DNA of 64,000 nt from Acidobacteriota bacterium. Its GTDB lineage: Bacteria; Acidobacteriota; Vicinamibacteria; Vicinamibacterales; CAVVIG01. Position 1 is the first letter of the stretch; each line of letters starts with the position of its first letter. The stretch is from assembly GCA_016195265.1 (NCBI GenBank), contig JACPZW010000074.1:29651-93650 (forward strand), read 5' to 3'. A program made the position numbers and the translations under genes. Below are positions 8,421 through 17,886 of the stretch, piece after piece. Under the pieces are notes generated by a model, which was not told the origin of the DNA, ran no database searches, and was given only the letters and a program-made list of their open reading frames with translations.

Positions 8421-9943
8421 GGCGCGTTCTCGCCGTCGTCGCGCTGTGGCTCGCCGCGGCGACCGGGCCGAGCGAGCTCGGCCCCTACGTCCACGCGCAG
8501 CAGGAAGAAACCGGTGCGCCGCGGGCGCGGGCGCCGCTCACGTTTCTGCAGATCAACGACGTCTACCAGATGCTGCCGGTCAACGGACTGGGCGGTCTCG
8601 CGCGTGTCGCGACGATGAAGCGGACGCTCGCGGCCGCTGGCCGGACGCCGGTTCTCGTGCTCGCCGGCGATTTTCTGTCGCCTTCCGTTGCCTCCGGCGT
8701 ATTCAAGGGCGAGCAGATGATCGCCACGCTCAACGCCGCGGGCCTCGACTTCGCGACCCTCGGCAACCACGAGTTCGACTTCGGCGACGACACGCTGATC
8801 CAGCGCATGCACGAGGCGAAGTTCCAGTGGCTGGTCGCGAACGTCATCGACACGAAGACGAGCAAGCCCATCGGCGACGCCGAACCGTACGTGATCAAGA
8901 CGTACGGCGCGCTCAAGGTCGGCTATATCGGCCTTTGCCTGGACACGCGCGAGATCAGCTTTGAAAAGCTGACGCACACGCGCTTCCTCGATCCGCTCGC
9001 CACCGCCGACGCGTACATCCCGCAGGTGAAGCGCGCCGGCGCGAATGTCATCGTGATGGTGACGCACCTGGCGATCGCGGACGACCAGCGGCTCGCCGAT
9101 CGGTTTCCGGAGATCGACCTCATCATCGGCGGACACGAGCACTTCCCCATCACCGTGACGCAGAACCGCACGCTGATCAGCAAGGCCGGGTCCGATGCCC
9201 GTTTCGTCGCGCGGATCGACGTGAGCCGCCAGCCGAACGGCAGGGTCGATCGCTTCTTCGAGCTGATTCCCGTGACGGGCGCGATCCCCGACGAGCCGGC
9301 GACGGCGGCGGTGGCGGCGTCGTACGAGGCCAGGCTCGGCAAGGAACTGGAAGTGGTGATCGGCACCACGCGCGTGCCGCTCGATGGCGAGAGCATTCAC
9401 CTGCGCGCGGAGGAGACGAATCTTGGCGACTTCGTCGCCGACGCCATGCGCGAGGACTCCGGTGCCGACATTACGATCGTCAACGGCGGCAGCGTCCGAG
9501 GCGACAAGGTCTACCCCGCCGGTCCGCTGACGCGCCGGACGCTCATCGAGATCCATCCGTTCGGCAACGTCATTTGCAAGCTGGCGATGGACGGGCGCGC
9601 GATTCTCGAAACGCTGAACATCGCGGTGTCGAAAATACCGGCGGCGGCCGGTCAGTTCCCGCAGATCTCCGGGATGACGATGACGGTCGATCCGCGCGGG
9701 CCGCCCGAGGATCGAGTGCACGACGTGCGGATCAACGGGCGGCCGCTCGACTTGAACAAGACCTACACGGTCGCCACGCTTGATTTCCAACTCACCGGCG
9801 GGGACAACTACTCGCTGTTTCCGAAGCAGCGCGTCCTGGTCGGACCGGAAGCCGGCGGCCTGCTCGCGGCCGCGCTCGAGAAGTACGTCGTCGCCAGGCG
9901 CGAGATCGCCCCGCAGGTCGACGGCCGGATCACGATTCAATAG
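8417..9943 (+). CDS. bifunctional metallophosphatase / 5'-nucleotidase (UshA-like), secreted
   Basis: GNHEFDFG metallophosphoesterase motif plus a 5'-nucleotidase C-terminal region. The ATG at 8417 overlaps the upstream TGA (ATGA) and yields the signal peptide MRRVLAVVALWLAAA. The track start 8402 is also possible. Confidence 0.85.
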   Translation: MRRVLAVVALWLAAATGPSELGPYVHAQQEETGAPRARAPLTFLQINDVYQMLPVNGLGGLARVATMKRTLAAAGRTPVLVLAGDFLSPSVASGVFKGEQMIATLNAAGLDFATLGNHEFDFGDDTLIQRMHEAKFQWLVANVIDTKTSKPIGDAEPYVIKTYGALKVGYIGLCLDTREISFEKLTHTRFLDPLATADAYIPQVKRAGANVIVMVTHLAIADDQRLADRFPEIDLIIGGHEHFPITVTQNRTLISKAGSDARFVARIDVSRQPNGRVDRFFELIPVTGAIPDEPATAAVAASYEARLGKELEVVIGTTRVPLDGESIHLRAEETNLGDFVADAMREDSGADITIVNGGSVRGDKVYPAGPLTRRTLIEIHPFGNVICKLAMDGRAILETLNIAVSKIPAAAGQFPQISGMTMTVDPRGPPEDRVHDVRINGRPLDLNKTYTVATLDFQLTGGDNYSLFPKQRVLVGPEAGGLLAAALEKYVVARREIAPQVDGRITIQ

Positions 9944-9971
9944 AGGGGACGGAAGTCGGTTTCCTTTCGCC

Positions 9972-10667
9972 TTATTCCACCGTGGTCCGGCGCCACGCCA
10001 GCCGACTCACGGCCCCCCTAATACCGACTCCCGTCCTCTTTATCAGGCGGAAGGCCAGAAGCGCCGCGACGACGGCGCCGTAGGTGAGCGGCCGGCGGAT
10101 GTCAGCCTTCACGAGCCACCAGTAGTGCAGCACGCCGAGGCAGCCCGTCGCGTAGACCAGCCGATGCAGCTGATTCCATTGCTTCCCGCCGAGCCGCCGA
10201 ATCATGCCCGCCGTCGACGTCGCCGTGAGCGGCACCATCGTCGTCCACGCGGTGAAGCCGACCGTGATGTAGGGCCGCTTGTAGATGTCCTCCCCCACTG
10301 ACTTCGCGAGATTCCGGACGGTCGTCCACGCGACGATGCCGTTGGGGAAATCGAGGCCGGCGAAGCGATCGGCGATGACGTAGGTCAGGAAGTGCAGCGT
10401 GCCGTAGAAGAACGCGAAGAGCCCGGCCATCCGGCGGAACTTGATGAGCGGATTCCAGCCCGTGAGGCGGCGCAGCGGCGTGATCGCGAGCGTGGCGCAG
10501 AGAAACCGTAATGTCCAGACGCCGGTTTCGTTGGTGAGATCGCTGAGCGGGTTCGCGCTGAGGTTGCCGGTGAGCCCGGCCCACACGAGCCAGGCGGCCG
10601 GCGAGAGGCTCGCGAGAAAGACAACGGGCTTGAGAACGAACCGGACGACGCGATCGGAGATCCTCAA
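9972..10667 (-). CDS. msrQ: protein-methionine-sulfoxide reductase haem-binding subunit MsrQ (YedZ)
   Basis: Ferric-reductase-like TM protein (FFYGTLHFLTYV) located directly downstream of msrP. It uses a TTG start. Confidence 0.85.
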   Translation of the reverse strand: MRISDRVVRFVLKPVVFLASLSPAAWLVWAGLTGNLSANPLSDLTNETGVWTLRFLCATLAITPLRRLTGWNPLIKFRRMAGLFAFFYGTLHFLTYVIADRFAGLDFPNGIVAWTTVRNLAKSVGEDIYKRPYITVGFTAWTTMVPLTATSTAGMIRRLGGKQWNQLHRLVYATGCLGVLHYWWLVKADIRRPLTYGAVVAALLAFRLIKRTGVGIRGAVSRLAWRRTTVE

Positions 10668-10697
10668 GCCCTCAGCCCTTAGCCCTCAGCCCTGTGA
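10668..10697. repeat. 7-nt-period tract (CAGCCCT family)
   Basis: agccctcagcccttagccctcagccctgtgac makes up the entire msrP-msrQ spacer. Confidence 0.8.
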
Positions 10698-11666
10698 CTA
10701 GTAGTTCCGTCGCAGGTCCATCCCTGAGTACAGGCTGGCCACCTGATCGCCGTAGCCGTTGAACATCAGCGTCTTGCGCATCAGGAACTCGCCGATGCGG
10801 CGCTCGGTCGCCTGGCTCCAGCGCGGGTGATCGACCGCCGGGTTGACGTTCGCGTAGAAGCCGTACTCGTTGGCCGCCTGATCCTGCCACGTGTTCAGCG
10901 GCTGCTTCTCGACGAACCGCACCTTGACGATCGACTTGATGTGCTTGAAGCCGTACTTCCAGGGTACGGCGAGCCGCAGCGGCGCGCCGTCCTGGTTCGG
11001 CAGGACCTCGCCGTACAACCCGGCGACGAGAATCGTCAGCGGGTGCATCGCCTCATCCATCCGCAGACCTTCGACGTACGGCCAGCGCAGGACCGGCGAC
11101 CGCAGGCCCGGCATCTGCTTCGAGTCGCCGAGCGTGGTGAACTCCACGAACTTCGCCTTCGACGTCGGCTCGCACTGCTTGATGAAGTCCGAGAGCGGGA
11201 ACCCGATCCACGGAATGATCATCGACCAGCGCTCGACGCAGCGATGACGGTAGATGCGCTCCTCGAGCGTCTTCCCCTTCAGGACGTCCTCGAGGTTCAT
11301 CGGGCCCTTCTTGGCGCACTCGCCGTCCACCGTCACGGTCCAGGGCGTGGTCTTGAAGTTGCGCGCCAGCATCGACGGCTCGTCCTTGTCGGTGCCGAAC
11401 TCGTAATAGTTGTTGTAGGTGGTGATGTCTTCCCACTTGTTCAGCTTCTCGTCGCTGCTGAACGTGCTCTTCTTGATGCCCTCGAGCTTGCGTCCGTGCG
11501 GGGCCGGCGTGGACGCGCGCAGGAGCGCTTCCGATCCGAGAACGCCCGTGGCCGCCGCCGCGACAGCGGTTCCTGTCGCCGCCTGAATGAACTCCCGGCG
11601 GTTGACGTACAGCTTCTTGTCGGTGATTTCCGAGCTCTTGATGTCGGCGGGTTTCTTGATCAGCAT
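10698..11666 (-). CDS. msrP: protein-methionine-sulfoxide reductase catalytic subunit MsrP (YedY), molybdopterin-dependent
   Basis: Tat-type signal ([17 protein letters not shown]) and a [13 protein letters not shown] motif typical of YedY. Confidence 0.9.
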   Translation of the reverse strand: MLIKKPADIKSSEITDKKLYVNRREFIQAATGTAVAAAATGVLGSEALLRASTPAPHGRKLEGIKKSTFSSDEKLNKWEDITTYNNYYEFGTDKDEPSMLARNFKTTPWTVTVDGECAKKGPMNLEDVLKGKTLEERIYRHRCVERWSMIIPWIGFPLSDFIKQCEPTSKAKFVEFTTLGDSKQMPGLRSPVLRWPYVEGLRMDEAMHPLTILVAGLYGEVLPNQDGAPLRLAVPWKYGFKHIKSIVKVRFVEKQPLNTWQDQAANEYGFYANVNPAVDHPRWSQATERRIGEFLMRKTLMFNGYGDQVASLYSGMDLRRNY

Positions 11667-11691
11667 GGCTAGTTACTCAGATGCCGGAAAC

Positions 11692-11748
11692 GAGTTCAGG
11701 GTTTCGGGTGTTTGGTTCAGGGTTCCGGGCTCAGCGTTTCGGGTTCGC
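11692..11748. repeat. 7-nt-period tract (GGTTCAG/GGGTTTC family)
   Basis: gagttcagggtttcgggtgtttggttcagggttccgggctcagcgtttcgggttcgc, in the divergent gap between msrP and the M20 gene. Confidence 0.75.
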
Positions 11749-11831
11749 ATTTGCATCATTATATGTACATCTGAGTCCGGTTCCCTGGTCGCAAGGCCGC
11801 AAACTGGGCCCGCCGTACATATAATTCGGTC

Positions 11832-13274
11832 ATGTTGAAACGACACCTTCTGGCCTTTCTCAGCTTCGCTACCCTATTGGCGCCCTGCCTCGTCCTGGCA
11901 CAGGACACGCCGACGGAAAAAGCAGCCGCGCGCGACGTCCTGAAGAAGATGGACGCGCTCGAGAAGTCGCTCGACGTCCCCGCGCTCGTCACGCGCCTCA
12001 CCGGACCCAACCCTGCCCGCGATCAGGTGGTCGCGCGGGCCAAGCAGCTGATGGACACCGAACTCCTCACGCTGGCCGACGACATCGCCACGCATCCGGA
12101 GATCGGTTTCGAAGAAAGACGATCGATCGGCACGCTGATCGACTATCTGCGCAAGCACGACTTCAGCGTCGAGCTCGGCACCGGCGGTCTAGCGACCGCG
12201 TTCGTCGCGAAGTTCCGCCGCAACAACGGCAGCCCGACGATGGGCGTCATCCTCGAATACGACGCGCTGCGCGGCACCAAAGGCGCGTTCCACGGCGACC
12301 AGCACAGCGCGCAGGGGCCGGTCGGCATGGCCGCGGCGATCGCGATGGCCGAGTACCTCGACCGCACGCACACGCCGGGCAGCATCGTCGTCTACGGCAC
12401 GCCGGGCGAAGAGATGATGCCGCCCAACGCGAAGACGGTGATGCACGAGGCGCACGCGTTCGACGGCGCGGACATGATCATCCGCAGCCACGCCTCGTCG
12501 CAGACCTCGCGGCCGGCGCACGGCTTCGGCACGTGCTGCCTGAATATCGTCGGCGCGAAGTACACCTTCAGCGGCGCGCCCACGCACCAGATGACGCCGT
12601 GGAACGGCCGCAACGCGCTCGAAGCCGTGATTCATTTCTTCGAGAACATCGATGCGGTGCGCGCGAGCATCCGGCCGGAGGCGCGGATTCAGGGCATCAT
12701 CACCGAAGGCGGATCGGCGCCCAACGTCGTCCCCGATCGCACCGTCGCGGATTTCTACATCCGCTATCCGGACGAGGTGTATCTGCAGCAGGTCGTCGAG
12801 TTCGTCGACAACGCCGCGAAGGCGGCCGCGCTCGCGACCGGCACGAAGGTCAAGATCGATCACTACGGCAAGGATCTCGACGGCGTGAGCGTGGCGACGT
12901 TCGGCGAGCTGGGCTTCGCCTACATGAAGCAGTTCGGCGCGACCGGCGTGAATCCCGAGCCGGGCAAACCGCAGGGCTTCGAGGAGACCGGCAGCGTGTC
13001 GCGCGATATTCCCGGCATCGGGATCACCGCGCAGTCATCGACCTGGTCGAACCACACGTATGAGATGGACGCGGACAACCTGAAAGAGATCGGCCACAAG
13101 GGCTTCACGGTCGACGCGCAGACGATGGCAGCCGTACTCTTCGACTTTGCCACGCACGAGGACTATCGCGCGGCGGTGAAGAAGGAGTTCGACGGGATCA
13201 AGGCGCTGTTCGGGGAGTATCAGACGGCGCTCAAGAAAGCCTACACGGTGCCGGTGGTGCCTGACCCCAAATAG
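11832..13274 (+). CDS. M20 family amidohydrolase/peptidase (AbgB-like), secreted
   Basis: Signal peptide and M20 metal-site context (VVYGTPGEE, HASSQ). The length is typical of M20D/AbgB. Confidence 0.8.
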   Translation: MLKRHLLAFLSFATLLAPCLVLAQDTPTEKAAARDVLKKMDALEKSLDVPALVTRLTGPNPARDQVVARAKQLMDTELLTLADDIATHPEIGFEERRSIGTLIDYLRKHDFSVELGTGGLATAFVAKFRRNNGSPTMGVILEYDALRGTKGAFHGDQHSAQGPVGMAAAIAMAEYLDRTHTPGSIVVYGTPGEEMMPPNAKTVMHEAHAFDGADMIIRSHASSQTSRPAHGFGTCCLNIVGAKYTFSGAPTHQMTPWNGRNALEAVIHFFENIDAVRASIRPEARIQGIITEGGSAPNVVPDRTVADFYIRYPDEVYLQQVVEFVDNAAKAAALATGTKVKIDHYGKDLDGVSVATFGELGFAYMKQFGATGVNPEPGKPQGFEETGSVSRDIPGIGITAQSSTWSNHTYEMDADNLKEIGHKGFTVDAQTMAAVLFDFATHEDYRAAVKKEFDGIKALFGEYQTALKKAYTVPVVPDPK

Positions 13275-13276
13275 AC

Positions 13277-13340
13277 TTGGTGACTGGTGGCTGGTGACTA
13301 GTGGCTGGCCGGTCCCCAGCCCCTAGCCTCCAGCCTCCTT
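13277..13340. repeat. 7-nt-period tracts (GGCTGGT then CAGCC(C/T)(C/T))
   Basis: ttggtgactggtggctggtgactagtggctggccggtccccagcccctagcctccagcctcc, between convergent genes. Confidence 0.8.
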
Positions 13341-14986
13341 CATTTCACATCCCGCCACGCCTTTCCAGACTGAATCTGTCGCGCGAAGCACGCGCGGGCG
13401 CGGGCGTAAGCGTTACTGAGCGCGCCGGCCGAGACCGGGCGCGCCAGCTCGTTGTCGTCCGGACACGACGGCCGCGCGGATCCCGCGGGCGGCGAGGCCG
13501 CCGGATCCGCGAAATACAGCGCCGCGCCCTCGCGCACCCACTGGGGCCGGCCCGCGAGCGCGCTCTCGGTCATCACGTGGACCAGCTCGTGACGAATCGT
13601 CTGCTCCAGCACGCCACGATCGCGCAGCGCGGCCGGCGGCAGCAGGTGCAGCTCGCCGGCCACGATGGCGCCTGACGTGAACCACGGACGAGCGGTCGCC
13701 TGCTCGTAGTCGTCGGTCGTCGGATGAAATCGCAGCGTCAGCTTCACCGGCGCCGTGACGCCGAGCGTTCGCGCGATCTCATCGCGCGCGCGCACCGCCT
13801 GCTGGAGGATCGCGTCATGCTCGCCTTCGTCGTCATCGGGCAGCGAGATCATGACGTCGGGCGCCGGCGGGCGCGGCGTGCCGGCCGCGCGCACGGACGG
13901 CGGCGCCGCCGGCGCAATGCGCGCCGCCAGCATGGCGGCTGTCGGCGTCACCTTCGAAATCTCCAGACCCGGATAGTAGCGCGCAAGGATTTGATCGGCG
14001 TTCGTGCCGCGTTCGGCGAGCCGCACCGATCCGATCACGCACAAGCCGACGCCGTGGCCGGAGCCGTGACCGCTGAAATGGAACGAGTCACCCTGCTTGC
14101 GAACGGTGAACGCGGCGCTCTTGATGTGCTGCCAGCCGAGCGTGCGTCCGACGACGGTCCGGAGATCCGCGCCGGAGATGACGTCGGGCTTCAGGCCGTC
14201 CAGCGTCAGGCGGCTGACGCGGCCGGACACGTTGCGCGCCGCGACGCGCAGATCCCGCAGCCGTTGGCCGTGAAATCCGCCGGCGCGCAGCGCTTTCAGC
14301 AGATCGGCCGCGCGCAGATCCGCCGTCCACGCGGGCGCACCGTCGCAGGCGTCGTCTTCCCGCGCCGGCAGGTACGCCGGATCCTCATGGCCGGGCCAGA
14401 CGTCCGACGGAATTTCCGTGTGCCCGCCGCAAGATGCGCTGAAATAAATGGACGCGGGCGTGCCGTTGCGCAGCAGGACACGGCCCGCGGTCGCCTGCGT
14501 CGCGCGCGCTGTCGCCGCCACGGCTGCGCGGACCACCTGACAGTGCGTCTGATCGCAGAGATCGAATCCGTCCGCGCGATGGCGTTCGCGATTGGCGAGC
14601 GCGAACGTGCGAATCGCGATCGCGAGCGCCTCGAGCGCGGCCGGCTGACTGTCGCGCGCCGCCTCGCCCGCAAGCACGCGCGCGACGTAGGACTCCATCG
14701 GCAAGGTGACGACGGAATACTTTCCGTTCGCGCCTTGAAAGCCGACGCGAACCGAAATGGGTTCAGGGTTCAGAGTAGAGGGTTCAGGGGTCCTGGCTCC
14801 GGGTTCGGGGTTCTGCGTCGCGGTTCGCGGCGTCGGACTCGGTGTTCGCGGTGCAGCAGGCGCGGGACGAACGCCGCGCGCTTGTTCGGCGCTCGAACCA
14901 AGAACCCTGAACCCTGAACCCTGAACCATGAACCCGGCCACGATCGCGACCGACAGGGTTGATCGAAGTGTCGCCGTCATTGTCAT
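13340..14986 (-). CDS. SpoIID/LytB-domain protein with C-terminal HExxH (peptidase-MA-like) domain
   Basis: SpoIID motif (YFSASCGGHTE) and C-terminal HELVH...EGAALYF. The start is taken at MTMTATLRSTLSVAIVAGF (signal anchor). The track ORF extends to 15160 through an unrelated fragment. Confidence 0.75.
   Translation of the reverse strand: MTMTATLRSTLSVAIVAGFMVQGSGFRVLGSSAEQARGVRPAPAAPRTPSPTPRTATQNPEPGARTPEPSTLNPEPISVRVGFQGANGKYSVVTLPMESYVARVLAGEAARDSQPAALEALAIAIRTFALANRERHRADGFDLCDQTHCQVVRAAVAATARATQATAGRVLLRNGTPASIYFSASCGGHTEIPSDVWPGHEDPAYLPAREDDACDGAPAWTADLRAADLLKALRAGGFHGQRLRDLRVAARNVSGRVSRLTLDGLKPDVISGADLRTVVGRTLGWQHIKSAAFTVRKQGDSFHFSGHGSGHGVGLCVIGSVRLAERGTNADQILARYYPGLEISKVTPTAAMLAARIAPAAPPSVRAAGTPRPPAPDVMISLPDDDEGEHDAILQQAVRARDEIARTLGVTAPVKLTLRFHPTTDDYEQATARPWFTSGAIVAGELHLLPPAALRDRGVLEQTIRHELVHVMTESALAGRPQWVREGAALYFADPAASPPAGSARPSCPDDNELARPVSAGALSNAYARARACFARQIQSGKAWRDVK
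14759..14934. repeat. inverted pair of GGGTTCA heptamer tracts inside a coding region
   Basis: The left arm (gggttcagggttcagagtagagggttcagggg...) and the right arm (...gaaccctgaaccctgaaccctgaaccatgaaccc) are reverse complements of each other. They are translated as the low-complexity linker QNPEPGARTPEPSTLNPEP. Confidence 0.8.
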
Positions 14987-14989
14987 CGT

Positions 14990-15160
14990 CAGCGTTTGAA
15001 AGTCCGGCAGATTGAAGTCCGGACAATGCACTTCGACGTGATGTTCGGCCAGGCGCCCGGTGAAGTACCCGACCTTGGTCGAGCGCGGAGACGAGGCGAA
15101 GCCGTGGAGATAGAAGACCGTCACAGGAACGACTGGCAGCCGGGCCGGCAGCGGCACCAC
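14990..15160 (-). pseudogene. N-terminal fragment of a YqiA-type alpha/beta-hydrolase (esterase)
   Basis: VFYLHGFASSPRSTKVGYFTGRLAEHHVEVHCPDFN resembles the E. coli YqiA N-terminus as I recall it (LYLHGFNSSPRSAKA...LAEHHPDVE). Only about 55 codons are present, and they run into the SpoIID gene's signal anchor and overlap the SET gene's end. Confidence 0.45.
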
Positions 15161-15513
15161 ATCTGCGCCTCGCCACCGGTGTTGTAGTGATAGGTGATCT
15201 CTTCACCTTTGCGGATCCGCCGGGCGGCGCGAATCCAGATCACGCCATCCTTGATCTCGATGTAACAGTTGGGCCGGCAGGCGTGGTTGACGAAGCGCGC
15301 GATGTTGCCCCCGACCGCGGCGTCGACGACGGTGCGGCGCGTCAGCGTGAAACACCAGACGCGGCCGCGCTTGATGTACCGGTGTTCGCGCGTCTCGCTC
15401 TCCCGAACCGAAATCTTCTCGCCGGCGTAGTCGATAATCCGAGTGTTCTTGTTGATGGCCTGCGTCGCGTACACGCCCCATCCGTGAATGTTCGATCGTC
15501 GCTTCTCAATCAC
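15121..15513 (-). CDS. SET-domain protein (putative protein lysine methyltransferase)
   Basis: GWGVYA, NHACRPNC, GEEITYHY and a C-terminal Cys-rich post-SET-like tail (CRCRPGC). Confidence 0.85.
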   Translation of the reverse strand: MIEKRRSNIHGWGVYATQAINKNTRIIDYAGEKISVRESETREHRYIKRGRVWCFTLTRRTVVDAAVGGNIARFVNHACRPNCYIEIKDGVIWIRAARRIRKGEEITYHYNTGGEAQMWCRCRPGCQSFL

Positions 15514-15568
15514 GCGGCAGGAATTATCGCACGCAGAGGCGCTTTCGTACCAGCGCGGCGCGCAGCAG

Positions 15569-15976
15569 TCAGTACTTCAGGACGCGCAGTCCGGGCACGC
15601 GCGAGAAGCCCTTCACGTTCCTGGTCACGAGCGGCGCATCGTCCAGCAAAGCGGCAGTCGCGATCAGTAGGTCCATCGCCGCGACCGGCCGGCCCCGGCG
15701 CGACGTCGCGGCCCGTAACCGCCCAAACAATGGAGCCGAACGGTCGTCCGGATACGTCACGAGCAGGCCTGACAACAACTCATCCAGCAGCTCGTGCTCC
15801 TGGAGTGGGCGCCGCGCCATCTCCGCTCCCGCGCGCAGCTCGCAGACGACATGGACGCTGACGCACAGGATCTCATTTGGCCCCAGGGACTCGATAAAGT
15901 CGAAGACCGAACCTAGACGCTCGGCGGTTGTCTCTCGCGACAGATCGATGAGGAACGAGCTGTCGAGATGGATCAT
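15569..15976 (-). CDS. vapC: type II toxin VapC (PIN domain)
   Basis: MIHLDSSFLID... with PIN acidic residues. There is a 4-nt ATGA overlap with the upstream antitoxin. Confidence 0.8.
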   Translation of the reverse strand: MIHLDSSFLIDLSRETTAERLGSVFDFIESLGPNEILCVSVHVVCELRAGAEMARRPLQEHELLDELLSGLLVTYPDDRSAPLFGRLRAATSRRGRPVAAMDLLIATAALLDDAPLVTRNVKGFSRVPGLRVLKY

Positions 15977-16206
15977 CGCCGTACGGCGCGCGCCGGTTCC
16001 AATCGCCGCGCGCGTACCTGGCTCTCCATCGCGTCGAGCGTGGCTTCATCAAAGCGAATCGATCGCATGCGCTCGATGAACCGCTTCGCCGTCGGCTGGA
16101 TTCCGAAATGTTCGCGGATGACCTGCGAGAACGACTGCCCTGCGCGCTTGTTACGGGAAAGCAACTCGTAGGCTTCGATGTCGATGGTGATCGTCTTGAC
16201 GGCCAT
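15973..16206 (-). CDS. type II antitoxin (VapB-like)
   Basis: MAVKTITIDIEAYELLSRNKRAGQSFSQVIREHF, 77 aa, translationally coupled to vapC. The ATG at 16206 is preferred to the track start 16221. Confidence 0.7.
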   Translation of the reverse strand: MAVKTITIDIEAYELLSRNKRAGQSFSQVIREHFGIQPTAKRFIERMRSIRFDEATLDAMESQVRARRLEPARAVRR

Positions 16207-16258
16207 GCACTTATCATGCACTTAGACTGCCGCGGCGTCAAGCATCGACCGGCGCCTG

Positions 16259-17839
16259 TCAGGCGCGCGCGATCTCGTCCGCGGACCGCAGGGTCAGCGC
16301 CACGAACGTCAGCGTGCCGTTCGTGCAGCCGCCGGTCGGCGTCGTCGGCGCGCCGACGACGAACAGGTTCTCGTGGTCGTGCGTGCGGCCGAAGCTATCG
16401 CACACGCTCGTCGCGGGGTCCGCGCCCATCCGGCAGCCGCCGCCCGGATGATCGAGGTAATCCCCGTCGCTCGTGTTGACGACGCGGCCGTTGCCCGCCT
16501 TCGCCAGCGCGCCGAACACGCCGAGCACGTGCTCCTTCGTCGCCGCCTGGCGCGCGAGCGTCGGCTCGTCGAAGTGGTGCTCGATCTTCGGCATCGGATT
16601 GCCGTGACGGTTCTTCTTCGACGCGTCGAGCGTCAGCCGGCTGTCGGCCGAGGGGTGGACGTCCACGTAGGCGCGCAGCCGCACGGAGCTGCCCTTCGTT
16701 CGGGATCGCCAATCCGCCATCAACTCGTCGCCGAGCAGCAGCTTTCCGTCGGGAGTCCGTAGCCGGGGATTGCGGCCTGACGAACTTTCCCAGACGCGCG
16801 TGTCGTGGCGGACGAACGGCCGATCGGCGCGGCATCGGAAGTACTCGCGCGAGATCAGACTGTGCGTCATGTTCTGTCCGGGATACGTCTGGTCGTCGAT
16901 GTTCGCCGACGCGTTGATGAATCGATGGCCGTTCATATAACGGCCGACGAGACCCGAGCTGTTGGCCAGGCCGTTGGGGAATCGCGCGTTCGCCGACAGC
17001 AACAGCAGATGCGAGCTCCAGCAGTAGCCCGACGCCACGATGAACTTCTTCGCGCGGTACTCGATCGTCTCGTCCGGTCGATCCTGGTGCACGCCGGTCG
17101 CAGACACGATGGTGGCCCTGCGATCGTCGAGCACGAGCCTGCGGACGAGCGTCCGGTCGTGGAGCACGATCTTCTTCGGCTGCGTCAACTGACGGAACGT
17201 GAAGTCCGGCGAGTAGCGCGCGCCGGACGGACAGACCTCGCCGCACGTGTCGTAGACGCAGCAGCCGCCACGGCCGTCGAACGGCGTCAGGTTGCGCGCC
17301 ATCGGCAGCGACTGGAACTTCAGCCCGCTCTGCTCCGCCCACGCTTTCAAGAGCTGCAGGTTGTAGGACAGCGGGATCGGCCCCTGCGGGTACGGCTGAG
17401 TTCGCGCGTCCTCGGGATGCGGGCTTGGCTCGCCGCTGACGTGCAGCCGGCGCTCGGCCTCGCAGTAGTAGCGCTCGAGCTCGCGCCACTCGATCGGCCA
17501 GTCGGTCGCCAGGCCGTACATCGACTTGAGCCGCAGATCCTCTTCCGAGAACCGGTTGCACGCGCCGCCCCAGTGCAGCGCCAGCCCGCCGACCGCCATC
17601 GTCATTGAAATGATTCCCGCCGCTTGCTGGTCTTCGATGTAGTCCTCAGGCCAGGGATGCTCGCCGTACTCGAGCGCACGCTCGCGATACCTGCCGCGAT
17701 TCTGCACGTCGAGGATCGAGCGCCCGGCCTCGACGACGGTCAGCCGCAGACTGGGCCGCAGCTCCGAGAGCTTCAGCGCCAGCATGGCGGACGTGATGCC
17801 GCCGCCGATGATGCACACGTCGGTTTCATGGACTGCCAT
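16259..17839 (-). CDS. GMC family FAD oxidoreductase
   Basis: The start MAVHETDVCIIGGGITSAML gives an FAD Rossmann motif, and the C-terminal half looks GMC-like. The track ORF start 17935 lies inside a repeat hairpin. Confidence 0.9.
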   Translation of the reverse strand: MAVHETDVCIIGGGITSAMLALKLSELRPSLRLTVVEAGRSILDVQNRGRYRERALEYGEHPWPEDYIEDQQAAGIISMTMAVGGLALHWGGACNRFSEEDLRLKSMYGLATDWPIEWRELERYYCEAERRLHVSGEPSPHPEDARTQPYPQGPIPLSYNLQLLKAWAEQSGLKFQSLPMARNLTPFDGRGGCCVYDTCGEVCPSGARYSPDFTFRQLTQPKKIVLHDRTLVRRLVLDDRRATIVSATGVHQDRPDETIEYRAKKFIVASGYCWSSHLLLLSANARFPNGLANSSGLVGRYMNGHRFINASANIDDQTYPGQNMTHSLISREYFRCRADRPFVRHDTRVWESSSGRNPRLRTPDGKLLLGDELMADWRSRTKGSSVRLRAYVDVHPSADSRLTLDASKKNRHGNPMPKIEHHFDEPTLARQAATKEHVLGVFGALAKAGNGRVVNTSDGDYLDHPGGGCRMGADPATSVCDSFGRTHDHENLFVVGAPTTPTGGCTNGTLTFVALTLRSADEIARA

Positions 17840-17849
17840 AAGAATCTCT

Positions 17850-17884
17850 ACCACGGAGGACACAGAGGATACGTCCTCCGTGGT
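17850..17884. repeat. minimal member of the ACCACGGAGGAC palindromic repeat family (12-bp stem hairpin)
   Basis: ACCACGGAGGAC-acagaggatac-GTCCTCCGTGGT, lying between the small-subunit stop (17887) and the GMC start (17839). Confidence 0.85.
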
Positions 17885-17886
17885 TA

